A DNA stretch of 63,999 nucleotides, counting the filler, from Basidiobolus ranarum (lineage: Eukaryota), in NCBI GenBank assembly GCA_040143965.1. It is 16 parts of 16 records of this genome, joined end to end, with 100 filler letters (N's around TTAATTAATTAA, not from the genome) between each part and the next. Parts side by side here need not be neighbours in the genome. Positions count along the whole stretch, not along the records: positions 12,079 to 16,002 come from JASJQH010002213.1; positions 16,103 to 20,025 come from JASJQH010002214.1; positions 20,126 to 24,047 come from JASJQH010002215.1; 13 more parts are not named here. One strand, written 5' to 3'. The position numbers were made by a program, and so were the translations under genes. The notes beneath the pieces are model-generated. The model made no database searches, was not told where the DNA came from, and was given only the letters and a program-made list of their open reading frames with translations. Shown here piece by piece: positions 12,661 to 24,147 of this stretch (within the stretch, counting starts at the first letter, position 1; the number at the start of each line of letters is the position of its first letter).

Positions 12661-12933
12661 GTACAGAATGTATCTAGTCTCTAGAAGCAATATTTCCTCA
12701 TGAGCTATGTGCCAAAATCACTCTCCCGACTCTATTAGCACTATCATATACAAATATATTAAAGTATGATCATTTGATACGTCCCGTCCAGCATATTTGG
12801 ATCATGTCAAGCATGTAAGTGCCAGTTGCCTCTAATAATCAGGATGTAGTAAAGCACCTTTGCTCTTTCACAGGACAAACCCAAAACTATAAGGAATGAT
12901 TACCGGCTAAAAGATGAGATGGTTAAAAATTAT

Positions 12934-13015
12934 TGACAAGAGTGGGGTTCGAACCCACGCCTCCGGAGAGACTGCGGCCTAAACGCAGCGCCTTGGACCA
13001 CTCGGCCATCTTGCC
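12934..13015 (-). tRNA. tRNA-Leu(UAG)
   Basis: 82-nt cloverleaf, CTGCG-TT-TAG-GC-CGCAG. Confidence 0.95.
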
Positions 13016-13446
13016 ATATGCACAGTTGATAAAGCGGTTCTCTTCAGGTACACTACCACCATGATTGGAATTTGATCCGATGGCCATTCCTTTTGCCTAT
13101 GCCATCTAATAATACTCTAAATCCACTACTATGCGAAATCTATCCTTTCCAGTTGTATATGGATTTATGCATTATTGGGAACTGTGACAATACCATGTGT
13201 CTACTTGGTTAAAATTCAAGCATCTAATTAAGCTTGTTTGCTTTCTTGCTTTTAGGGCAATGCATTAGTAACAGTTGAGTAGTGCCCAAAGAATTAGCGA
13301 CCGAACAATGTCGATGAATGAATATGCTTGATTGAAATATTTTATCTATAAAAAATGAACTTTTAAGATAGTATTAAGAAATAGAGTACATAAACTTTCG
13401 TAATTTTCATCTAAGAACACCCATTTAGCGGATCACACATAACACT

Positions 13447-13518
13447 CGCCTCAACTAGGATTCGAACCTAGAACCTCTGCCTTGGGAGGGAACGCCATAT
13501 CCATTAGGCTATTAGGGC
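13447..13518 (-). pseudogene. tRNA pseudogene with Arg-like body and apparent CCC anticodon
   Basis: Intact T arm (CTAGG-TTCGAAT-CCTAG) and A box. Anticodon stem shortened and mispaired, one acceptor-stem mismatch. Confidence 0.7.
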
Positions 13519-13824
13519 TTCGGATGGGCGATCTGAAATGCTCAAGCCGGCATTTGCCAATATGAAATGACGAAGTACTACATAGAAGTGAAAGGCCACC
13601 AAAGCATTCCTCTTCCTTATCTCAATATGCAAAGGAATTACTTTGCCCTGCTGTAAGTTAGATAGAAATCAATAATAATCCTTTAAATCTTCAGTTTTGC
13701 GGATAGGAACATGATTCATGTTCGAACAAGATTCTTGTATACACTATTCGGCCATGGTTCTTGGTAAGTACAAACCTTTGGATTATACTGTAAAAACGAG
13801 AGATCCAATGAAATGCAAAAGGAG

Positions 13825-13920
13825 TGCTCCAGGCGGGGATCGAACCCGCGGCCTTCGCGTGACTCAAGTATAGAGAGTTACTCTATAAGCACGACGCATT
13901 AACCACTTTGCTACTGGAGC
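13825..13920 (-). tRNA. tRNA-Ile(UAU) with 23-nt intron, second copy
   Basis: Identical to 12227-12322 including the intron. Confidence 0.92.
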
Positions 13921-14290
13921 TTCTTGGTGGAAGGAGACTATGGATTGAAATCATACTCACTCAAATCGGCTAAGCCCAGATGCTGGCCCGATCTATAGGT
14001 ATCTCAAAAACCAGTATATAGTGATGGCAACAAAGGATGTCGATCTAAAATGAGTTATAAGAAAGAAACGTTTTATGCTTTCAAGACTTTGTCATCACAT
14101 TACTTCATCAAAGAGGAACCAGTTGAGCTCATCTAATGAAGAATGTAACCAACGTGCTTACCGAGAAATAGGAAAAGGCCTCAACCCTAAGATTGCACAA
14201 TAAATAAGACTACGTCTCTTTATCCCTGTTTAGAGATGAATATTTGATAAAAGTACTTACACTCGAATGTGAAGTTAGACGTAGTCAAAA

Positions 14291-14361
14291 TGCATACTCG
14301 GGGAATCGAACCCCGGTCTACCGCGTGGCAGGCGGTAATTATACCACTAAACCAAGTATGC
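14291..14361 (-). tRNA. tRNA-Gly(GCC)
   Basis: 71-nt cloverleaf, ACCGC-CT-GCC-AC-GCGGT. Confidence 0.95.
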
Positions 14362-15274
14362 AACTATAGAAAATAAAGACATAAAATATTCATTGTTCTA
14401 AGTAATAAATACCCAATTAGTTATGACAACCCCTTAAATCCAAGGCATGGAAATTCAGTTATTTGGATACGTAAGGGAGAAATAGCATAATTATTCGTAA
14501 GATCAGATATCTATACATATGCAAGTGTTGAATCGACTCAATTCACCGATTTTGGAAACTTGGGAAATATGAGACCTCCGGACCAATTGTTAACATCATG
14601 ATAATCCTTAAGTTTCTATATTAGTGTATGAGTTCTACATAGCATAGCTAGCCTAATGGTTTAGTTGGAAGGATTAGACAGGGGTATAGGACGCCCGTGG
14701 TTCAAACCCGCTACAAATGTTTGAGAGGTGTGAAAGACGAATAGCAAAACGCACGGGTTATGCTGAAATTTTTCATCAGCAAAAATTGAAACATTTGTCG
14801 TGAACAAAACAAAGGAAATACTTTTTTACCTAACCCTAATCCGATAAAGCATAACTCGCATGTACACAAGTATCCATACAGAGTGAAGTTATGTGGGAAT
14901 GGTATACAGTCTTATTCATGGTTTTCTTTCGTTCTAGAAAAAGGTGCAAATCGCATTTTGTCTCTTGTATTTCAAATGAAATTAGTGAACCATCAACAAA
15001 TTCGTGTTGCTAATTTAAACGACTTTAGCGTGATGGTCCATCTAAAGCGTAATCCCAGATTTTGAGTTATCTTATGCGCAAGAAAAACCAAAATAGCTCA
15101 AGAATTTCTGATATTGACATGGAGATTTCTTCACACATAGGCGTACGTTACTTAAAAAGAAGATTAGGAAATCCTCACATCCTAGATTAGCTTGCGGGCC
15201 GCCCCCATCTGCTGTTAGGGAGCTGAGCATACCGTGGCGAACGTGTATAGATAAAAACCCCCTCAAAAAACAAA

Positions 15275-15356
15275 CGACGGCCACAGGATTTGAACCTGTG
15301 CGGGCAAAGCCCAACAGATTTCGAGTCTGTCTCCTTAACCACTCGGACAGACCGTC
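15275..15356 (-). tRNA. tRNA-Ser(CGA), second copy
   Basis: Same as 12579-12660 except one variable-arm base. Confidence 0.95.
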
Positions 15357-15600
15357 ATATTCACTGGCAAGGCATGCTGGCAAATTTATTTTGACCAGTT
15401 CATATAGATCGAAATAAAGCGTTATCATACTGTTGTATTTTCAATTCAACATCTTAATATGATAGAAAGTCACATGATGTAAGGTTAGTAGCCGATTCAT
15501 ACAAAAGATGTACTTAAATCAGAAGAAATAGTCACTCACAAGCATGACTAGTCTAAGCATACCCAGTCACATCGAGAAGTCAAATATGAGCAAAAATCAA

Positions 15601-15682
15601 TGACAAGAGTGGGGTTCGAACCCACGCCTCCGGAGAGACTGCGGCCTAAACGCAGCGCCTTGGACCACTCGGCCATCTTGCC
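15601..15682 (-). tRNA. tRNA-Leu(UAG), second copy
   Basis: Identical to 12934-13015. Confidence 0.95.
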
Positions 15683-16798
15683 TTACGTACAGCGCTCACT
15701 TGCCTATACGTCGTATCATATTACATTTATAAATACAAAGTGAGAATGACTGTTTTTGAGATCAATACAAAAGTGCGACAAAAAGTATTTACTGGAGCTT
15801 ACAAATTCCACAAAAATCCCTCAACTCTTGCAAGAGAGATTTGCATGGTCATTCAGGTCTATATATCCCGAAGATAATTTTATCTCAAACCAAAATTCGA
15901 ATTTAGTTTAAATGTTAATAATAACCAATTTATTCCGAAACTTGCAAAGCTGTTGAATTAATTGGACGTTTGTTTATATAAACACCAATTGCTATAGACA
16001 TTNNNNNNNNNNNNNNNNNNNNNNNNNNNNNNNNNNNNNNNNNNNNTTAATTAATTAANNNNNNNNNNNNNNNNNNNNNNNNNNNNNNNNNNNNNNNNNN
16101 NNTTGGGGATGTGGTCCTGATGGCAATAGGTGTTGCTTGTGGACTGGTTGCTCTTGACTCATGTATTCAAAGTTGGTTGATTGTTGCGAAATAAACAAAT
16201 ATCTGTTGATCTTGAATTCTATAAGAATGATGGGGCAGATTTTACATTTGATAGATAGTTGGAATGAATTATTCTCTAGTACTCTTATTATGTCAAGAAA
16301 GTGGCAATAACCAGGGTAGATGAGAGAATAAATTTCATGGTGATGCTAAATTTAAGATGCTAATTATGAAACAGGCATCAAAGGCCATTAAATAGAGTGA
16401 ATGTTGAATGGAAATATATGTTCATAAAATTATCTTCGGATAGGTATGTCCTTCAGTGAGATAATCAATTCTTCTCCAGCACAATATGCTATTATTTTTG
16501 AATCATCGGCTAGTGGTTAAATTTAAGCAAGTTGATGATCCACTTGAGAGCAAGATTAGGAACTACATTAAGGTTAGACTGTTAGGCTAGAGGTGTTGGA
16601 ATTTTAGAAATCATAATCAAGGGTGTTAAGTTGAATGAAGTTAGGAAATCCCCCTTTTATTATTGACAATGGACTAGAAATAGAATTGTTATCTCCGGGA
16701 AAGAGATTCACTTTCAAACGGATAATAGATAAGCATCATTATTTGAGGGGCGTATCTTTGAATTTTTAAAGGAGATAGAGTCTCTTTCACAAATTGCG

Positions 16799-17082
16799 CC
16801 TATAGTGCGCCACTTATGTGTATTGCATATAATACCCAGTTCCCGTCCTCAACATAAGAAGAGTGCCCCATCTCCCTGGATGAATGTCCTATTTCTGTTC
16901 AAAAGTGGACCACCCTAAAAGAACTCCGAGTTATCTATCATAGTGAGTTAATTCCATTTGCTAATGTTGAGTGCATATTTAGTATCCTTTCCTCACCAGC
17001 ATTTGCAATTGGATAAAGGGGAATATTGATTTGTACTCCGAAGGGTAACATTTTGTGAGACTGCATCTCTCTGGTTGATGAT
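16799..17082 (+). pseudogene. Pseudogene copy of exon 1 of the MBL-fold hydrolase at 32516
   Basis: Colinear with 32535-32830, with Q-to-TAA and W-to-TGA stops and a small deletion. Confidence 0.88.
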
Positions 17083-17248
17083 TTTGAACAGCTATCTGGG
17101 ATAAATTATGTAGAGAATTACTCATCCGCCATGCTACTACTGCCATTTGTCAGATTAATCTATTTGTAGTAAATCTAACTACTGACAGTGTATCTATCTT
17201 CTGAAATATGGGACCCATTATGATGGAATTGTTTTGATGGTGTGAATT

Positions 17249-17375
17249 TCTCAAGTCAGTAAACGGTAAACTACCCGGGTTGCAATCCGAGCTCACCTGG
17301 GAGATTTTAATCACAATTGAGTAATATTCCCAAATTACATCATTTTGAAAACTAATTGTTATTATAAAATAACAG
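17249..17375 (+). repeat. About 125-bp dispersed repeat, second copy at 19729-19856
   Basis: The ~100-bp core AACTACCCGGGTTGCAATCC...ATTATAAAATAA is identical in both copies. Confidence 0.85.
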
Positions 17376-19265
17376 GTAAAAGTTTCCTACTGAGAATTGA
17401 TTTTCTAGCTACAATTCCTCCTCTTTTTTGACCCAAGAGTGCGATGAGATTTAATTGTGGGATTATAGAATTGGCTTAATTTTGACAAATAGAATAAAAT
17501 CACTACTATCAGTGATAGACTAGGATGTCAGATGATTCCCTCCTCCAAGCTTAATTCTATCACATACATATATGGAAAGTATGTCTTTCAAAGGAATCCC
17601 AACAGTTGGCCTTTTTTTGTACCGGCACTGCGGGTATGGGCATAGAACTAAAGAGTGAGGTTTGTCGCGTGAGAACTATAAAAAAAGTAGCAATGCTTAG
17701 AGTTCGACAAGGCAACCGTAGTAGTTGAATCTTGACTATTTACTATCATCATTGTAACCGATGGACTAGTGCAGGTGATTTGCTCATTTCCTATCAGTCA
17801 CATACAACATGAAATTGAGGGCTGAATTCCAACTTTCATTTGTCGTGTGCGCGATTTTACGTCCCCCTCCCTCAAAAAATATAAGTCAGAGTTTGAGATG
17901 ATGGGAAAAAGAATGGAAATTTGAATTCGTTTCAGCAAAGGGGTACTCTTAAAGTTTCAATTTGATCCTGAAAGATGGCTAGCTAACTTCTTCCTTCTAC
18001 TTCCTTCAAATATAAGTTTGTTTTATTTGGGTTCCAATTTGAAGTTCATAGTTTGTGACACATCAATTTGGTATTCCAAACTTATCTTGCATATATAATT
18101 AAGTAATACCAATTTAGAATGACAGGTATTATAACATGCCATTAATTGGGTTAGAAATTTGGAAACTACTTGTAGTAAGTACCAGAGGTATATCAATAAA
18201 TTTGGTGGAAAGTATATAAAATATTAGCGAGTGAATATTTTGTCACATGACAAGTCAAGCTGACCGCGGTACTGCAATATCTCGCCATTATATACACCAA
18301 GTATATTCCTTTGCCTCCAATACCTGTCAGAGTTTATGCATTCAGTAGTTTCGTGCCCTAGATTATCCAGAATATCATGACTTTGAAAAGAAGATCCCTA
18401 CGATTTGTTAGAAACAACAAAGAATATTAAAATAGAGACACTAGAAGGCATAAGGCTTGTTAACCTAATACTCAGGTTAGTTACTACCTTGCCTAACCTC
18501 TCTATAGCACTACCAAAAAAGTTAATCAATTAACCTACCAAGTAACCAAATTCGGAAATTATACCCACCTTAGGAACACAACTCAACACACTTTTCAAAT
18601 CGTTTTGTTACGATGACAATTTCGGAGACAACATATTGCCTCAATCAATCTAATATATCTGGCGCACATATATCAAACATCGACCGTCACCAAGTTGGAC
18701 GTCCGTTTCTTTTCTACACGCTCCACAAACATCAAAACCATTGCAGAAAATAAACCATCTCTAGAACTACTGGACGAAACATTCGTTTTATTGTGCCTGA
18801 TTCCTGAGGTGAGTACAATGGCGTGTAGGACAGTTAAAGATATAAAACTTGGCCAAAGTTGAGGCTTGGTTATTGGCTATATGTGTGAAAAAATTGAGAT
18901 GATTGAGACATTTTATTGTCTCCGAATTTGCTATCGCTTTTTGTTCAGTAATGCAATTTCGAGCTGAGTGTAATTTCGGGACTCGATTCACTGATAAATT
19001 GAGTGATCAACTTTATTTCGATTATGCTATTTTTATAGGGTGGATCAGGGGGAAAATCAAGTGGCATTCCTGCCGGATTTGGGAGTGTGCTAATTTCGAA
19101 ATATGTATATAACGCTGACGACCCGTTTCTGATGTCTTGTAACTTTTGTCTCCGCTGTCGGTTCATTTTTAAATTTATACTTAGATTAGAATATTAGTAG
19201 GGAATTACCTCTGTAAAGTTTGGTTATAGTTCGTCCAGCAGGTCTGGAGATATATGCACTTCTTC

Positions 19266-19314
19266 TCAGGTCGCAGTCTCTCAGGAGGCGTGGGTTCGAA
19301 CCCCACTCTCATAA
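19266..19314 (+). pseudogene. 3' half of a tRNA-Leu(CAG)
   Basis: TCAGGTCGCAG, variable arm, GTGGG-TTCGAAC-CCCAC, then a T-run. No D arm or 5' acceptor strand upstream. Confidence 0.75.
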
Positions 19315-20759
19315 TTTTTACATTTCGCACACGCTACATATGAGTACCAAGTCTCTTCGTTTTTTAAATACCTCCGTTTAATATAATTCATCTCAACGAT
19401 GAGATGTTACTACGCTTTTCATAGTTGCAAAAATTTTATCCTAGTCCTGCTAATGTGTTGCAATCCATTTACCCAAGCTTTATTAGTACGATATATGAAA
19501 TTCTACTGTGGGTAACCCAACCTTAGTACTACTAACGGAGGAACAGGTCTATCAGTGAGGTGTTACCGAGTTTTTTAATACAGCCAGATATGATTGCATA
19601 CCTTTTACTTAGCTCCACATTAACAATATTCCACATTTAATATGGGTACGTATGGTATATCCGACTTTCAGTTGTGTTCTGAAATATCTACTCAATATAA
19701 TTCAATATTTTGAGAAAAGAGAATATAATCTCGAGTCAGTAATTGATGAACTACCCGGGTTGCAATCCGAGCTCACCTGGGAGATTTTAATCACAATTGA
19801 GTAATATTCCCAAATTACATCATTTTGAAAACTAATTGTTATTATAAAATAATAGGCAACATTAGAGAATCGCTTAGATTAATAACAGCATGATATTTTT
19901 TTATTTCCTAATATTTGCTAGATGAGCTTGAGGCCTGATTCAAGGCTGAATTATCAGTAATTATTGTAGATCAACTCATCGCTTAAAATTCCCCAGGTGT
20001 GAATACAGGCAGGGGAATTTAAGAGNNNNNNNNNNNNNNNNNNNNNNNNNNNNNNNNNNNNNNNNNNNNTTAATTAATTAANNNNNNNNNNNNNNNNNNN
20101 NNNNNNNNNNNNNNNNNNNNNNNNNCCAAGCTGAGTGAAATCATAACAGCAAAGTCAGGGAAGGATGTAATGCAATGGGTTAAAGAGGCTCCAGAGTATA
20201 TTACCCTGCCACCAAAGGGCTCGTTTCAATGTGCTCATGGGTTTTTGCATTGTTTGATCCCAATAATAGCAGCAAAACCCAATCCATGGACTCTGAGTAA
20301 GTACCTTGATAGTTTAGACCGCTTTTTTTCTGTGATAATCTGACAATATATCTAGAAAAACTGCAAGACAGACTTCTTGATTAGATTAATCAAGATACGC
20401 AGTATTATTGCTCTAACTACAGGGTAATCTATTCTGACAATGACACATCATCTTGTAGTAGGACACTTGTTGACTACCAGTTGGAAATATTTTGGCTGAA
20501 ATCTTTACAGCAATGTGCCAAAACCCAAGGGTTTATTTCATTGTGAATGGTACCAAGAGTCAGCTATTTGCCTAGTGTCAGTGCTATTCACAACTTCAGA
20601 TATTAAGCAATTTTTCCACCTGCAGTTTGTTTGTAAAGCATGTTGATGTTGTTGTGAATTTGAAAATATAATTCATATATACTTTATCTATCTGAGAATT
20701 AGCATTGTTGTATTGGAAATTTCAAAGATGTCCAAATTTCCACAAAGATAGCTTATTTG

Positions 20760-21535
20760 GTAGAAATTAGATAAATAGCAACTCATTATTTAGTAGTTGG
20801 TTTATTCATATCCTATTTATTTAGCACTCAATTCTGCCATTTAAAAACATTTGTTTATTGCTTTAATTGATCTTTCTACCTAATATATCACTTTTCCCAG
20901 TTTTCACTATTTTCTTTAACTGCTCCAAATCATCTTATATTGGACTTGTTCTCTGTGATAGTGCCAGATTGTGCTGTATATATCACATTGTATAAAGTAT
21001 TCTAAAATTTATGTGACACAATTTGGCACTATCCATCGCCCTCTGGCATGATCAGTTTCAATCACATTTACTCTAATATATTGATCCAAGGTCCAATAAA
21101 GCTTGGCACAATGGAACAAGTCCATTCTAACCCAAGCTTTTCAGGCATGATTCTTATGATCTAAGTACATTCATTATTCCTACTGCACAGGAAACCAGCA
21201 ATTGGCCATATTCAATATCATAAACTTCAGTATCTAAAACACCAATGCAAATATTGTCCAAAACACTTCCAAAATCTCCTAAACACTTTTATCAAATTGT
21301 GAGTCTCAACCTAGATGTTAAAGGGGTGTCTGCCAGTACTATTACTAAAGTCTTTGCATCCGCAGATAAGTGTAATGGTGAAGAAAACACATTCATTATT
21401 CATATTACATAGCAAGCTAGTAATAATAAATAGCACATATTCAATTAAATAAAACTCTAGTGTTTGATTTACAAATCCAATTCATGTCCAAAAACTTCTA
21501 AATCCCTAAACACTTTTATCTGGTCATGAGCCCTA
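20760..21535 (+). repeat. Fragmented Copia LTR family 2 copies, the last followed by a PBS-like GGTCATGAGCCCT
   Basis: 20762-20940 is the reverse complement of 21826-22003. LTR-end motif AAACACTTTTATC(A/T) near 21296 and 21521. Confidence 0.7.
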
Positions 21536-21655
21536 GGCTAGCTTGGATTATCAAACATCAATATTATCCACATGAAAATTACTCTCAGTTGGGATGAATT
21601 TGGATGATGGTGTGGCTAAAGATGTAAAATGTTTAAAAACTATGGCAGATCAGCT

Positions 21656-24047
21656 AGATAAAAGTGTTTACGGGACTGGGTGGTGTTTGGACAAGATTTT
21701 GATAGGTGCATTAGACAGTCAAGTTTTATTAAATGGAATATGTCCTATTTGTGGTTTACTATGAAATAGGACTATTGGATGAGCCTAGATTGTAACAAAC
21801 ATGCCTGTTAAAAATAGGTAAAAATTTGAGGTGATTTGGAGACGTTTTGAGACAATAGTGAAAATTGGTGAAAGTCAACTAATTGCTATTTCCTTCAATT
21901 AGAGCAAAATACACACATTTTTCAATGACAGAATTAAGTGATAAATAATCAGAATATGAATAAACAACTACTAAATAATGAGTTTCTATTTACCTAATTT
22001 CAACTTTCCCACTCTACTAATTACTTTGTATTTCTCTTAAACTAAACTTAAATCTTAATAGTTCATAATGTGCTTTAGCTCAAGGTTTAGTTAAGATATA
22101 AGCAATCATTTCTTCAGTAGGGCAATAGACAAGCTCAATTATATCATTCTCTGTTTCTTCTCAAACAAAATGATGCCTAATATCTCTATGTTTTGTTGTT
22201 GAATAAATTGCAGGACTTTAGCTTACAAAATACAGCTTGGATTATCTTGAAATACAGTAATAGCACATTTTTGCATGTATTCTAAGTGCATGAATAATTT
22301 ATTAACCACGTAGCTACATGTGAAGTAGCAGGGGCAACCATATACTTTGCTTCTGTAGTGAGAAAGGTTATGGTTGGTTGCTTCTGACTATTCCAGGTTA
22401 TGGCTCCATTAACATTGAGAAGAGTGTACCCAGTTGTCCATCTTCTATCATCAAGGTTTCTTCCCCAATCTGTTTCATTATAGCCTTCAAAAATTTGCAC
22501 ATCAGGAGTAGCAGAGTTTTCTGAACTAGATCTAGAGTTCCTCTCAAATACCTGAATATTCTTTTACTGCAGTTTTTGCTCAGATCCTGGATTTTTGAGA
22601 TTTTGGCTGACAGTTCATATGACCACAGCAATGTTTGGATATGTTCCAACCATGGTATATATTAAACCACCAGCCATGAGCTGATATTGGAACTCCTGGC
22701 TTTGATTTTAGTCATTTTGTGCCAAATTGGACAAAATTTTGATTAATTTCACTCTGGGATCCATTGTTGTTGATACAGGCTTGCTATTCTCCATGTTGAA
22801 GCATTTTAGAATATCTAGGATATATCTAGATTGATGTAGCATGAATTTCTACAGGGTTTATCTCTCTTGATTTGGATACCAAGAAAATAACTTAAGTCAC
22901 CAATATCAGTTACCTGAAATTGGTTTGATAATCAGCTTTTTATCTGATCAAGTGCTTCTAGAACAATTGTGGCTAAGATCAAGGCATCCACATATAGTAC
23001 CAAGATAAGAATCCTATTTCTAGTTGATTTGATATACATACTGTGATCTGCTGTGCATTTTGGAATTCTGGTGATTCAAATATGTGTCTTTCTTGTTGTA
23101 ACTTACCTGGGGTGCTTGCTAAAGTCCATACAGCAATTTGTGCTCTTTACAGAACATATCAGGGTGCTTTGGGTCAATAAATCCATGTGGTAGCTCTACA
23201 TAGATCTCTTCTTCTAGATTTCATTCAGAAAGGCTCTTTTTACATCTTTTGGATATACATCAAGGTTATGGATGGCTGAGAGTTTCAACATCAATTTAAT
23301 GGAACTAAATATGGCTACCCAAGGAAAAGTATCACTAACACCAACTCTTGTAGTCTGGGAAAAACCTTTTGCAACTAATCTGGCTTTGTACCTTTTGATG
23401 TTTCCATCAGCTTAGATAGTGCTGATTGTATTTCTGGATCAAAAACTGTGATTTGAGGAGAAATATATGATTTTTAAAAAAATACATCTCTGCACTTAAA
23501 TAAGATCTGTTTTTGGTAGCAAACAGTCAATTGGCCTTGTATCCATCATAGTAACTAAGAAGTACGCATTTTCTGCTTTTTGGTTCCAATTTGGAGCATT
23601 TTTGGGCTGGAATTTGGCAATGTTCTCTGCAACCAAAGATCCTGAGATGTTCCACAAGTGATTTGATTCATTTGGGGCTTCAAACAAAGTAGAATTTTGT
23701 AGCAATCTTGTTTGGCTTCAATATATGATATGGACCAATGTTGAGACTAATGTAGCCCAATATTGGTAATCTAAATTTTGATCATATAGTATTGATCTTG
23801 CCATCTCCACTATGGTCCTATTAGCACATTCCGCAACTCTATTTTGCTATGGAGTATAAGGTAGAGGACTTTGCTGCTTAATTCCATGTTTGGAACAAAA
23901 ACTAGCAAAGTCTTTATAACAGTATTCTCCATCATTTCACTCCTTAGCACCCTTTTTTGGAGTTAATTCTTTCTCTACCAATGCTTTGTAGTGCTTGAAC
24001 ATACCTACGGCTTCAGATTTTGATTTTAGAAAGGATACCCAAATATA
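21656..24047 (-). mobile_element. Degenerate Ty1/Copia element: integrase, RT, RNase H, PPT and 3' LTR (21656-22005)
   Basis: Copia motifs YKARLVAKGFSQ, DWGRNLDDRRWTTGY, AITWNSQKQ and KRIFRYLRGT, with many stops. Confidence 0.92.
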
Positions 24048-24147
24048 NNNNNNNNNNNNNNNNNNNNNNNNNNNNNNNNNNNNNNNNNNNNTTAATTAAT
24101 TAANNNNNNNNNNNNNNNNNNNNNNNNNNNNNNNNNNNNNNNNNNNN

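Noticed and set aside
14641-14720. tRNA-like A and B box words on the plus strand
   Set aside because: No acceptor or anticodon stem could be folded.
12079-15428. ORFs 12079-12264 and 15072-15428
   Set aside because: They overlap tRNA genes and are chance frames.
19398-19410. GATGAGATG downstream of the half tRNA as a permuted tRNA 5' half
   Set aside because: No D arm or anticodon-stem strand follows it.
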